From NCBI GenBank assembly GCA_002104905.1, contig MCFE01000346.1:25852-89851 (forward strand): DNA of 64,000 nt, in the 5' to 3' direction. Below are positions 50,819 through 61,247 of this stretch, piece after piece. This DNA comes from Basidiobolus meristosporus CBS 931.73 (taxonomy: Eukaryota; Fungi; Basidiobolomycota). Each line of letters starts with the position of its first letter. Position 1 is the stretch's first letter. Made by a program: the position numbers and the translations under genes. The notes under the pieces were generated by a model. That model searched no databases. It had not been told where the DNA came from and worked only from the letters and a program-made list of their open reading frames with translations.

Positions 50819-51979
50819 CTAATTGAGTCTCAGTAATCCGTCAAGACAAACCACGGCATCTGCTCTTATGCCAAGAGCATCAGCATGTGCTACAATATCC
50901 CTGCAGGCCTCTCTCTTCTTCCATTGTGGGTTCAGGACTCCGTCAATATCCACATCAACAAACACTTTGACTAGACCACCAATGCACACAACAGCATCCA
51001 CATCAATGCCCAATGCTCTAGCATGAACCTTGATATCTTGACACTGTGAGCGAGTGATGTGATCATTTCTGATAGAGCTGATCTTAGGAGGGAAGTCAGT
51101 GGCAGGGCGTTGTGGGAAGCGCGAGTCCTTGGGGGCTGCAGGATTACTGTTCTTACTGCTGTCGTGGTCTTGGGATCTGTCTTGTGAAACTTCCCGAGCC
51201 TTCTCTATCCCCTGATCTATTCCTTTACTCTGGTGGTCATTGCCGGTTCTGTTGTCAGGCGTACGATCATCCTTGTCTTTCCCAGCTTGATCGGCCCCTT
51301 GCTTTGCTGAGTCCTTTGGAGACTTAACCTCTTCCATTGGAGTCCCTTGCTTGGGTATCGATGCATTTCCTGAGTCATCCTTCTTCGAAGAGTCTTCGGG
51401 AGTCGAATGCTCAGATTGTTTGGTATTATTGGTAGCGTCTTTAGACAAGTCATGAGTGCCAGGTGCATCAGTCTTGGATATATTTTTGGGGTCCTCGACA
51501 TGAAGAGGATCATTTTTAGCATCCTTTGGAACCGGCTTGGCATCACCGTCGTTCTTTGAGTCGATGTCTGATTTCGGTTGCACACTAACTGTCTTTGGGG
51601 AAGCATCATCCTTGCGATTTCCCGTCACCTGGTTTGAATCGTCTTTGGGAGCATCCATTGGCTTGGCGTTTGGGGACGATTCATGATTCAGTGGCTGGGT
51701 GTCAGGGCCTGGGTTTCGAGTTTTCGAATCATTTTTGTCCGAGTTGAGAACAGTACTCTCGATGTCTTTCTTTCTATCTTCTTCCTTCTCTCTGTCATCC
51801 TTGGGAGACGGCTTGCGATTGGGTCGGAGGTCGTCTGGTCCATTCCATCTATCATTGTATCTCTTCTGGAACCTAGAGACGGCTGCCACTTGATTGGATT
51901 CTAATGTATTCGGAATGGTCATGCCAATCACGTCGACCATACTAAGGGCGCACAACAGGGCAACGGCGGAAAGCTTCAT
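50819..51979 (-). CDS. Secreted Kex2-type precursor: signal peptide, QKR site, long D/K/S/P-rich linker, two Cys-flanked hydrophobic repeats separated by KKR
   Basis: MKLSAVALLCALSMVDVIG; FQKR; repeats CQDIKVHARALGIDVDAVVC and CRDIVAHADALGIRADAVVC; TATA-like tatataa upstream on minus (~52100-52107). Confidence 0.8.
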   Translation of the reverse strand: MKLSAVALLCALSMVDVIGMTIPNTLESNQVAAVSRFQKRYNDRWNGPDDLRPNRKPSPKDDREKEEDRKKDIESTVLNSDKNDSKTRNPGPDTQPLNHESSPNAKPMDAPKDDSNQVTGNRKDDASPKTVSVQPKSDIDSKNDGDAKPVPKDAKNDPLHVEDPKNISKTDAPGTHDLSKDATNNTKQSEHSTPEDSSKKDDSGNASIPKQGTPMEEVKSPKDSAKQGADQAGKDKDDRTPDNRTGNDHQSKGIDQGIEKAREVSQDRSQDHDSSKNSNPAAPKDSRFPQRPATDFPPKISSIRNDHITRSQCQDIKVHARALGIDVDAVVCIGGLVKVFVDVDIDGVLNPQWKKREACRDIVAHADALGIRADAVVCLDGLLRLN

Positions 51980-52666
51980 TGATGTAAAATGGAGATTACG
52001 AGTTTGTGCGGACAAATGCTGATGGCCTGAGATTGGCAGAGTGGACCGAGAGAAGGAAGTAGAGAAAGTACTTGTCGTGCTATCATGAGAGAGCACAGGG
52101 TTATATAGGTACAAGAGATGGGGGAGAACAATAGGCCAAATGTCCACAATTAGCAATATGACATCTGGAAGGCATAAATTGCTGAGCCATTCAAGAAATT
52201 GCCTGCAGGCCTACATGTGTTGCGAATTCGGAGATTTGTTCAAGGTCGATGCTATCATGGATCTTGGCGCCTGCGGATAAAGCCCCGGTCATGAGCTCTA
52301 ATAAAATCGTCACAGCAACCCAAGTGGGCCCTTTACAAATCCCAAGCATTGGTCTTGACTTTAAGCAACCTTTTCCGTCGCCAAAACCGTCGCTGCTCAT
52401 GAATGGCCAGATAAATATTCAAGCATGTTGAGTCGAATACTCGAAATGAGGTCTTACAAGTTCTAGACTCCACCAATTGTCTTCGCCCGATTCCAGCAAT
52501 GTATACTAGGTTTCGTAGCGGATCGGTGTGAGGTTCTTTCCCTGGTAAATCCAAGTACAACATAGGAGTTCTTGCCAAATCACTGTTCAATTGGTTTTGT
52601 CACCACAGGGATATTTAAAGTCTTCTCCATCACACACTCTTTCTCCTATGTATAGTCCTCAGCTAA

Positions 52667-53476
52667 ATGGCAGAAATCGATTTCAGTAGCTACTTTCTCT
52701 TATGCCAGAGCATTTTCTTGATTTGTTTATGTGTAGTGTCTGTAAATATCGGCCGGCGACTTGGAAAATGGATGATGCTTTCATACATCCATACTCTCAT
52801 TCTAACGATCCTTGTCTGTACGGCCATCTTTAATTTCATGGCGGTCACAATGCTCTACGTTAACCAAACTGTTGCACAGTCATGCCAGATATTCGCCTGG
52901 ATCTGTCCGGTCTGCTACCTGGGAACGAAAAACATTACTTACATGTATTTCATGGAGCGGGTGTACATCATCAAAGGGAACTGCACTTCTCGCCTACGGT
53001 TCAAGCTATACTGGTTCCATGGGTTCCTCCTTTTATTGTGCTTTACGCTGATGATCACCGTCATTGTTTATGATACTCACATGCGAAGCAGTGCTGGCTG
53101 CCAACTGCGCTTTAGTTTTTTTACTACCACTGCACTACTGGCCTTCGATTCCACCTTAAACCTGTACCTCACCTTGCTGTTCGTTGTTCCCTTATGCGTT
53201 ACCACCAAATGGTCTCCATATAGGACAAGGTTCAAGAAACTGGCCAAACGCGTACTCTTTGCGTCGGTAGTTGCGCTGTTGTTCACTGTTGCTAATCTGG
53301 TGGTCTGTCTGGCCAAACCCGATTTACTCGATAAGGAATGCCTGCTACTTTGCTGTTTAGATTTGAATGTCAACGCACTAGTAGTGGATTTTTCATCATC
53401 GGCGAAAGTCGAAGATACAACTGAAACAGAGCTCACCACCAGCGGGGTTGCAGGGATCCTCAAAAGTCCTGCTTGA
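52667..53476 (+). CDS. Orphan 7TM (GPCR-like) protein
   Basis: Seven hydrophobic segments; Cys at the start of TM3 (QSCQIF) and in ECL2 (AGCQL); MERVY at the end of TM3 (DRY-like position); basic ICL3 RTRFKKLAKR; intronless. Confidence 0.75.
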   Translation: MAEIDFSSYFLLCQSIFLICLCVVSVNIGRRLGKWMMLSYIHTLILTILVCTAIFNFMAVTMLYVNQTVAQSCQIFAWICPVCYLGTKNITYMYFMERVYIIKGNCTSRLRFKLYWFHGFLLLLCFTLMITVIVYDTHMRSSAGCQLRFSFFTTTALLAFDSTLNLYLTLLFVVPLCVTTKWSPYRTRFKKLAKRVLFASVVALLFTVANLVVCLAKPDLLDKECLLLCCLDLNVNALVVDFSSSAKVEDTTETELTTSGVAGILKSPA

Positions 53477-54270
53477 CTTGCAAAAGGACCTAACCATGTA
53501 CAGATGTTCATACTTGCATCGAATTGAATAGAATCATAATGTGTGGGTTGAGCCTAATTACCATATTCGTCACCTTCAGATAAAAGATGTACCAAAATAA
53601 TCGGCCGTATTTGGAATGTTGTACGCAGCCATTTTACCCCCTAGCAAATACATGGAATCGCATTTGGATGCATCTGGATGCATCAGCCAAAGACTAACCA
53701 TCCCGCCCTGCATTCAGAACCAGTTCTTGTATTTCCTGCGACTAAGGGTCTTATCCGCCGAATCTTATGTGGATAGTAAAAGCTGATCCAATTACGGACA
53801 TGTCATATGTTGTGGTGTGGTAATTGACCCCAAATAGTGAAGGAGAGGTGGCAGACATCACCTCGCCAATTTGCAGGAGCCCTGTTGATACCACTTAATC
53901 AAAGTAATGCAAATGTATCTGATCAGCTTGGGTGGGCAATAGACAATTTGTTCCTTTTCTTGAAGAAAAACATCAAGCAACGTCAATCCCTTGGTAGATC
54001 CTCAGACAGGCATAACCAGTGTTGCGAAGACAATCCCTAGGGAAACAATCAACGAAAACTTCCTTCCCACCGACATGAGCGCTTGAACTTTAACTATAAA
54101 TAGAAATTGATCGATGAGCATTATAAAACCAATTTTCCGCTACAGCTGGGCCCCACCACCTGATCAAGGAGAAGTGGTTCGTACCTGAGTTCGAGTTAGA
54201 GCCATTGTATTATATGAGTGGGCTCATTGTACAGTGTTGATTGTGTTCAGCCATACATCAACCGTATTTA

Positions 54271-54277
54271 TATAAAG
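54271..54277 (+). promoter_or_regulatory. TATA box upstream of small peptide gene 2
   Basis: TATAAAG within gtatttatataaag, 131 nt upstream of ATG 54402. Confidence 0.6.
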
Positions 54278-54401
54278 TCAGTGGTGGTCTGATATCCCCA
54301 AACACATTCCCATTGAGCATTTCCACTTCTTTCGGAGTAGATCTTACCCTACACCCACATTCACTCGTGCTCCTTTGCGTAACACATACCGTTATTGTAA
54401 G

Positions 54402-54524
54402 ATGAATTTCCGTCTCTTGGCTACAGTATCCTTGGTTTTGGTCGTGGCCAGCATGGTAACAAGTGCACCAGTTCCCGATGTTGAGAAGCGTTGCTGTGAT
54501 AGAAGACCACCCGGACTTGATTAA
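54402..54524 (+). CDS. Small secreted peptide precursor, CCD family member 2 (40 aa), Kex2 site before the core
   Basis: MNFRLLATVSLVLVVASMVTSAPVPDVEKR|CCDRRPPGLD*; TATA box upstream; AATAAA at 54574-54579. Confidence 0.78.
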   Translation: MNFRLLATVSLVLVVASMVTSAPVPDVEKRCCDRRPPGLD

Positions 54525-54705
54525 TTTCATTCATTAGCTTTTCTGTCATTAACTTAGCCATAATATCTGCCTCAATAAAGAAGTCAGAAATTTTCCTATT
54601 TCGCTGAGAATTCTGTGGATGTGCAAACTATCCGATTCTACTCGAGGTGGCTTAGGGCAGATCCAGTGATGGCGGTAATCAAGCCAATTCTCGGAATTGA
54701 TCCTC

Positions 54706-57300
54706 ATGACACATTATCTGCGAGTATGGGAGTTGTTAGGATTCGTCATGCACAGATTGGCCATTTTCTACTACAAATACACGGCTAGGGGAGCAGTCCA
54801 AATCAACATGAGACTCCTTCCCAACAAAACAGCGCTTGTTGTGTACTCTTTCCTGATATTGATTTACACATTGACACTGACCACAGTGTTGCACCTTCGG
54901 GAGAGCCTCCCTGATGCAGTGTCGGAGAACGAGGCGAGTGAGTTCTCTGCGTTAAGGGCGTGGAGACAACTTGAGCAATTTGCCGACGAGCCCCACCCTT
55001 TTAATTCCGAAGCAAATCTGAAAGCTCGGGGGTATCTCAGCAGTGTGCTATTAAGGCTCGCAGAACGAGGGAAGGTGCTGAACCGTAATATCGAGTTAGA
55101 CCTACACGATAATACCACCTACACTGGGTTCATCGTAGGCGGAGGGCCTTATATCGGCTGGCGTTACTTTGAATCCACTAACTTGCTGTTACGCATCGAG
55201 GGAACCAGAAAGCGTCGCGAGGCCCTGCTACTTTCTGCTCATTTCGATACAGTACCCTTCAGTCATGGTGTTACAGATAACGGAATTGGTGTGGTGGTTG
55301 CCTTGGAGGTCGCACGTATTCTGATCGAAAAACCGATTGCCGATACTGTGATTTTGAATCTCAACAACTGTGAGGAGACTGGACTTCTTGGCAGTGAAGC
55401 TTTCATGGAGCATCCTTGGGCTAAGGACGTGCGCGCCTTTATCAACCTGGAGGGCGCTGGTGCCGGGGGGAAATCAATGGTGTTTCGCTCCTCTGACCTG
55501 CCATTGAACCAATTCTATTCCCACTCACCATTTCCTCATACCTCAGTTATCGCAAACGACGTTTTTAAATTGGGATTGATCAGGTCCGGTACTGATTTCC
55601 AAATCTATGCCTTTAAACACAATATTCCCGGCCTAGATATTGCTTTTTACAAACGTCGATCCCACTATCATACTCTACTCGACAACCTGAATACTACTTC
55701 CCCTCGCTCGGTGCAGCAAATGGGTGATGCGACCCTTGCTACCACAAGATCATTAGCCAATTCCGAGTATCTCTACAGGGACCCTACCCAGTCCACACAA
55801 TTGGCTATCCATTACGATATCGTGGGGAAAATCACGGTGACACATAGCTTCAAGTGGTACATTGGGCTAAATGTATTCATCCTAATTTACGTTCCATTGT
55901 TCTATATCCGTGGATATCGAAGAATGAAGCGGCAAAATACCGGGAAAAATCATCGATTCACACTCAGAGCGTTTGTCTTGCCGCTCTTGAGGTCTTTCGT
56001 TGCTGTATCAACGACCGTCATTTTCGGCATTCTTTGCAATGTGCTGTTTGGATTTTGCTTGGCAAAGGTGAATGGAAATGTGGTGTATGGTCAGCCAAAC
56101 CTGGTGATGCTCACATTCACTGTAACGACTGTATGGGGATATGCCATGGCCCAATGGATATGGAGATGGATGGAAAGTAGACATACGGGCGGTACTTTTG
56201 TCCTTAAATCGAATCTAAGTCGAGATCGCCTTGCGTTCCATGGAATGATGATCATGTGGTGGTGTTCTACTTTGATTGCACTTGTTGCCAGTGTTTACGA
56301 GCTAGGGGTTTTCTACTATGTATCGTGGCTGACGCTAGCCCATCTTGTAGGGGCTTACCTGTTAGAGGGGACTGAGTTTTGCTGGGGTAATTGGAGTAAG
56401 CCCAGCGCCATTCGAGCATGGATCTGGCCCTTGCGGATGTCGATCAGCTGTATACCGCCGCTTCTCCTAATTGTTGACATTGTCAAGATCCTGGTGGATG
56501 CTACATCCCAGACAGTTGCAGATGGAACACCAGCATTCATGGTGTACGTTTTGTTTTCTATTGGATTTGCTACCTGCATGTTATGTGTAATCCCATGGTT
56601 CCAGAGAGGAGATGGATTCCCCAGCCTATTGGGACTGCTTACAATTTTCAGCATAATACTGATCGTCGTATCTGGATTAATCTTCCCTTACAATTCCGGA
56701 GCACCGATTCGGATCTTCCATAATGCCTACTACGAACCATTAACCGGCAACAAATGGGTCACGCTGAGATCTGCCTGCAATTTGCCTGAGCTGTTAGGAA
56801 AGACCCAGCCAGCCAGTTCCAACCTACACTGCCAACTAGATGGTGGTATATATGAGTGCAGCTGGAACTCTTCAACTAGGCCTTACTTCTCAAAGCTGAA
56901 TAGCGAGGAATCACCTATCACTACTCAGGTAAGCAGGAGTCTCCACTCTAATGAGGAGCATGAAATAGTTCTTTCTATTTTCGCTCCTGAAACGCGTACA
57001 TGTAGTCTCCAATTAAACTTCAATCCCGCTGAGAAGTATTACATCAATGATGACCTGGTTCAGGATGATCTTAGTGGAAGTAGGGCCTACATATTCAAGA
57101 GAGAGTTTGAAAAAACCATCTCCTTGAGAATTATAACCAGGAAAGACGAAGTGCACCCGGTCTCCATCCATTGCTATTACGATGATTTCTCTAAGCACCT
57201 ACCTGCCTTTGAGGGCTTCAAGAACTCGTTGCCAGATTGGTCTGTCATCTCATTGCGCGGCTTTGGCGCATTGACAGTAATCTTTCACGTCGATATTTAA
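54706..57300 (+). CDS. PFF1: M28 family multipass membrane metallopeptidase (Pff1/ERMP1)
   Basis: LLLSAHFDTV, GVTDNGIG, NNCEETGLLG, INLEGAG, SGTDFQIY, HYHTLLD, then ~8-9 TM segments; intronless; start may be 54808. Confidence 0.9.
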   Translation: MTHYLRVWELLGFVMHRLAIFYYKYTARGAVQINMRLLPNKTALVVYSFLILIYTLTLTTVLHLRESLPDAVSENEASEFSALRAWRQLEQFADEPHPFNSEANLKARGYLSSVLLRLAERGKVLNRNIELDLHDNTTYTGFIVGGGPYIGWRYFESTNLLLRIEGTRKRREALLLSAHFDTVPFSHGVTDNGIGVVVALEVARILIEKPIADTVILNLNNCEETGLLGSEAFMEHPWAKDVRAFINLEGAGAGGKSMVFRSSDLPLNQFYSHSPFPHTSVIANDVFKLGLIRSGTDFQIYAFKHNIPGLDIAFYKRRSHYHTLLDNLNTTSPRSVQQMGDATLATTRSLANSEYLYRDPTQSTQLAIHYDIVGKITVTHSFKWYIGLNVFILIYVPLFYIRGYRRMKRQNTGKNHRFTLRAFVLPLLRSFVAVSTTVIFGILCNVLFGFCLAKVNGNVVYGQPNLVMLTFTVTTVWGYAMAQWIWRWMESRHTGGTFVLKSNLSRDRLAFHGMMIMWWCSTLIALVASVYELGVFYYVSWLTLAHLVGAYLLEGTEFCWGNWSKPSAIRAWIWPLRMSISCIPPLLLIVDIVKILVDATSQTVADGTPAFMVYVLFSIGFATCMLCVIPWFQRGDGFPSLLGLLTIFSIILIVVSGLIFPYNSGAPIRIFHNAYYEPLTGNKWVTLRSACNLPELLGKTQPASSNLHCQLDGGIYECSWNSSTRPYFSKLNSEESPITTQVSRSLHSNEEHEIVLSIFAPETRTCSLQLNFNPAEKYYINDDLVQDDLSGSRAYIFKREFEKTISLRIITRKDEVHPVSIHCYYDDFSKHLPAFEGFKNSLPDWSVISLRGFGALTVIFHVDI

Positions 57301-57983
57301 TAATGTAACGCACCAGCCAGCTTAGCAGGGTGTAGAAGTCAGCATTCGTTTAATCCATCAAAATTTAACTGCTTATATCTTAAAATTCTGCTATTGTATG
57401 CAAATCTTGTGAGGTTCTTGGAGTATCCATGAGGAAGTGCCCAAGCATATGGATTAAAGATAATGTGTATATACATAAGTGTATTTCTGGCTCACTACTC
57501 AGCTACTTGCCCACCGGTTATGATGTATTGCGCCATCCAAAGATATGACTTAGCCAGGTTGCTATTCTGGAAATACCTACAAGTTCCTGTTCTGTTGGTT
57601 GTAGTGCAACCAAAAAAGCGCTTATCATCCAAAAAATACACTATCTCCCTAACCCACTGTGCAAGGAATATTACCCATATTGGTTATGATTGGCTGATAT
57701 TTGATTTGGTGCTTAATATACAAAATGTACTTAAACTTGTTCCATCACTGGCTTAGCAGTTTTTATAGGTTTTTATGGTGTAGGTGTTGAAGCAAAGGCT
57801 AGAAAAGTGGAAATGATTTGTAAATATTGCACTTTCAGGGTTAGGAGGATGATGTCTGTTGTAAGAGCCGGAGATATTGGAGGTGACTGGAAGAACAAGT
57901 ATATTATGTTGTTTTCACTTGAGGATTTATTGAATGTGAAGGTAGCATTTATACTTTTACATGGTCTTGGCATAAAAAGCACA

Positions 57984-58445
57984 TAGGGGGAGGGAAAGTC
58001 ACCAAGGTAGGTGAAATCTGTTTTTGATTTCAGACAAGTCTAACTACAAATAAAGAAGCCAGCTGGGAATAGAAGATTCCCAAAGTAAAAACCAAGTTGA
58101 ATATGAATAAATCTAAGCTAAAGTTAAGGCAGTATCCCAGAGTACACTGGAGTTCAGGTTCATGGGGGAGTGAAGTAGATAAGCTTGAGAGATATAATAA
58201 TCTTTTAGGAAGTGGGTACCAGCAGATGAAGGGGAGTTTTTGATAAGTGAAGTGAATCTTGAGAGCAGAGATTCCTCTAATGAGAAGGTCTTGTAAACTG
58301 GAGAATCAGGAAACTCTTTGAAGGCATGGTCAGTAGGTCCCCAGAAAAACTGGTCAGAGACATTTTGGGAGAATTGTTTAGCAATACTTTTGTCAAGTAC
58401 TACCTCTAGAGTATGATGGTTGATATATCTCATGTTTACAACTTT
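57984..58445 (-). mobile_element. 3' fragment of a second telomeric retroelement family (family B) carrying the shared terminal hairpin module
   Basis: taggggg-agggaaag-TCACC aaggta GGTGA-aatct...aaagaagcca at 57984-58060; open frame of ~110 codons ending at 58113; truncated at the linker of LINE copy 1; no CpG seen. Confidence 0.6.
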
Positions 58446-60927
58446 AGGGCTAGGGGGGAGACAGTCACCAACAGGTGAAATCTTTATTTCAGTTGAAACA
58501 AAGAAGCCAGCACTACTGTTGTGGCTTTGATACAAGAGTGTGTAGCTGAGGGGAATTTGTAGGTAAGTTAATAAGAAGTGATGATAGTTCTTCAGTGCTC
58601 AAGATACTGTTCAGTGGGAAGGGGGGGGAGCAAGAGAGGTAAGAATGACTTGTGAACAACATCAATGAGGGGAATTTGATAAGGATTGATATTCATCACA
58701 TAGGGAGTGTGCTGCTGCAGATATTGCTGCCAAAGGTCTGTCAAGTACTTCAGGTAGGCCAGCTTGGGTTTTGCTGACTGCAGAATATAATGAGCAAACT
58801 GCTTGACTTCAGCATCTCCAAGTATAGTTCTCCATCAGGAGCCAGGTGTAGTGTGGTGTGTTCTCTTCCAGGCCTTAATCAGTGGATTGTTGCAGTTGTG
58901 AAGTCTGAGGTATAATCTGGTTCTAAGGTAGAGAAGTCTGATCTTATAGGGCATAAACCCAAAAGCACCAAGAATGGCATGTCTGTAGGGGCATTCAGGC
59001 AAATGAGGCACCAAGGAGGTAATGCACCATACTGCAAACTTGTCAAGCTTAGTGCAGTCTCTAGATGTAAGAGAGAGAAGTGGTAAGCCAAATTCCAGGA
59101 CAGGGAAGACAAACTGCTTGAGTAGAAGGAGGCAGCTGGGAGCTGAAGTTGTAGGAGGAGTAAAAGCCAGTAGCTTGTGGAGTGCCTGTCTTGCCAGGAT
59201 GATTCTCTTCTTCAGGTGTGCTCCAGAGTCTAGTCCAGCAGGAAGGAAAGGAAAGCCAAGATATGTAGCAGAAACCTGGGCAGATAGAGTGGAGTTCTTC
59301 AAGTTGATGGGAGAGCCCAAAGGTACTGTCTTTGCAATGGAAAGCTGGAGATTATTCTTCTGCAGATACTGGTGGATGGTCTGGGAGTCTTGTTGCACAT
59401 TGGAGGAGGATATTCTGATGTCATCAGCAAAGAGAGTAACCAGGCAGTCAGCTGAGAGTCTTGGGAAATCATTCAGGAAGATGGCAAACAGTATAGGACC
59501 AAGCACAGAGCCTTGAACCCCTCCATTAGGAACTGAGAACACAGCTGATTGCTCACTTGGGTGAAGAATTCTTGCTTGTGGATCCAGAAACAGAGACCTG
59601 ACAAGGAGGGTGAGAAAGGTACTGGAGAAGCATTGCAACTTGGACCAAAGCAGATTTCTGTCTACTGAATCAAAGGCCTTAGTAATATCAAACAGAACAG
59701 AGGGATACTTGCACTGGAGAGAGTGATCTTGGCTAAGTATAACTACATATTCCAAGGAGAGGCCTGGAACAAAGCCAAACTGTGCAGGGTGAAACTTGAG
59801 GGAGTCAGAGTAAAGCTCCTGAGCAAGCAGAAGCTCAAACACCTTTCTGCAGGAGGGCAGCAGAGATATTGGCCTGTAGGAGCTAGGATCCAGGTGCTTT
59901 CCTTTACCCTTGTACAGTGGCAGAACATTTGCAAAGGACCATTTAGGACCATTTGTCAGGAGTAAAAAGCTGGGCTGAACATTGCTGAAACAGTGGAAGC
60001 AGAAGTGCAGACATGGCCTTGGTACTAGTCTTCAGAAGCTCATAGGAGATTGTGTCCACACATAAGGCAGTAGAGTTGAGAAGCCTTTTGAGCACATTAT
60101 GGACTCTCCCTTGATCAAGTGCAAGTGGGATGGGCAGAGTCTTGAAGTCAGGATGAAAGCCAGGAGTTGAGTACTGCTTTGTAGAGAAGAAGATGTTAGC
60201 CAGCTGTTCTGTTGAAGGTAACTTCTTGGAAGAGGGCCTCATTGCCCTGTAGAGTCTTGATACTGTTCTTGTTATAGAGTTGGAAGATTGCAGAGGCAAA
60301 GAACTCTTAATATGATCCCAGAGCTGAGTATGCAGAGTTTGGTGAATTGCCTTGGAGTGGTGTATTGCTGTCAGGAGGAGTTTCTCTGTTTTTGGGTTAG
60401 GGAAACTCAGGTAGCTTTGTTGCAGGGCTGAAACAATGGATTCCCATTTTCTTGAAGTAACAGCAGTAGTCTTGCATGGTAGTGAGAGGGAGGCAGAGAC
60501 CAGAATCAGATGCTTCACAAAGAGCCAGGCATAGTTGAGATCATCTGGCAGAGAAAGTAGCAAACTGGCAAGCTTCAAGTAGTTCCCAAAGTCTTTCTTC
60601 TGATTCTTGGTAGCTTTGTGGGTGAGCACAGTAAGTTTTGGCAGCTTCTTCTTCACAACTGGTTGCATAGAAAGAGACCAGGCTGGGTGGTCAGAGGCTC
60701 TCAAGGATCCTAGCTCAGCTCCAGAGATATTACTTGACTTCATTCACAAGGTAGAGGGCCGCAGCAGAAGGGCAGATCCAGTCAACACATCTTTTCTCAG
60801 ATTGAGCACCTAGTGCTAGCAGATGGTTTTCTCTCAGGAAGTTCAGTAGGAATGTAGACCTTGACTACATTCTTGCAGCCACAGTAGTCTTGTTCTCAGG
60901 ATGGGGAATGTTGAGAGCTCCACTTAA
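58446..60927 (-). mobile_element. Non-LTR (LINE-type) retrotransposon copy 1, 5'-truncated within the APE endonuclease, frameshifted
   Basis: RT motifs YRPISLL, QFGF, FDITKAFDSV, QGSVLGP, FADD, YLG; APE remnants GALN/VDWI/SDH at 60690-60925; 10-nt duplication (taggaccatt, ~59944-59953) breaks the frame; 3' hairpin module at 58451-58510. Confidence 0.9.
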
Positions 60928-60975
60928 GGTTAGGGTGTAGGTGTTATAGTAAGGGCTAGGAAAAGGTTAGGGGGG
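60928..60975 (+). repeat. Degenerate telomere-like linker between elements
   Basis: ggttagggtgtaggtgttatagtaagggctagggaaaaggttagggggg. Confidence 0.7.
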
Positions 60976-61050
60976 AGACAGTCACCAACAGGTGAAATCT
61001 TTATTTCAGTTGAAACAAAGAAGCCAGCGCTACTGTTGTAGCTTTGATAC
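60965..61050 (-). mobile_element. ~85-bp 3' tail of the LINE (extreme 5' truncation)
   Basis: Identical to the terminus of copy 2 from the G-run through gctactgttgtagctttgatac, then diverges. Confidence 0.85.
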
Positions 61051-61247
61051 TGTTGTAAAAATTTGTAATTCCACCTAAATATTCACCTAACTTAGTCACT
61101 TAGATCATCACCTTCAAATCCTAGAAAATACTGACCAAATTCCTTGTCAGGATTTACCTAGAATATTTTCACCAAAATGCCAGGTACCCAGAACATGAAA
61201 ATTCTCAAAGTTGTCCAAACAGCCCCAAACTTTGCACACATGTTCTT

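Noticed and set aside
52295-52320. Minus-strand CCD codons
   Set aside because: Preceded by an in-frame stop; no signal peptide.
53837-54040. ORF ending ..NQCCEDNP near the CCD peptide gene
   Set aside because: No signal peptide, non-ATG start and no similarity to the two family members beyond CC.
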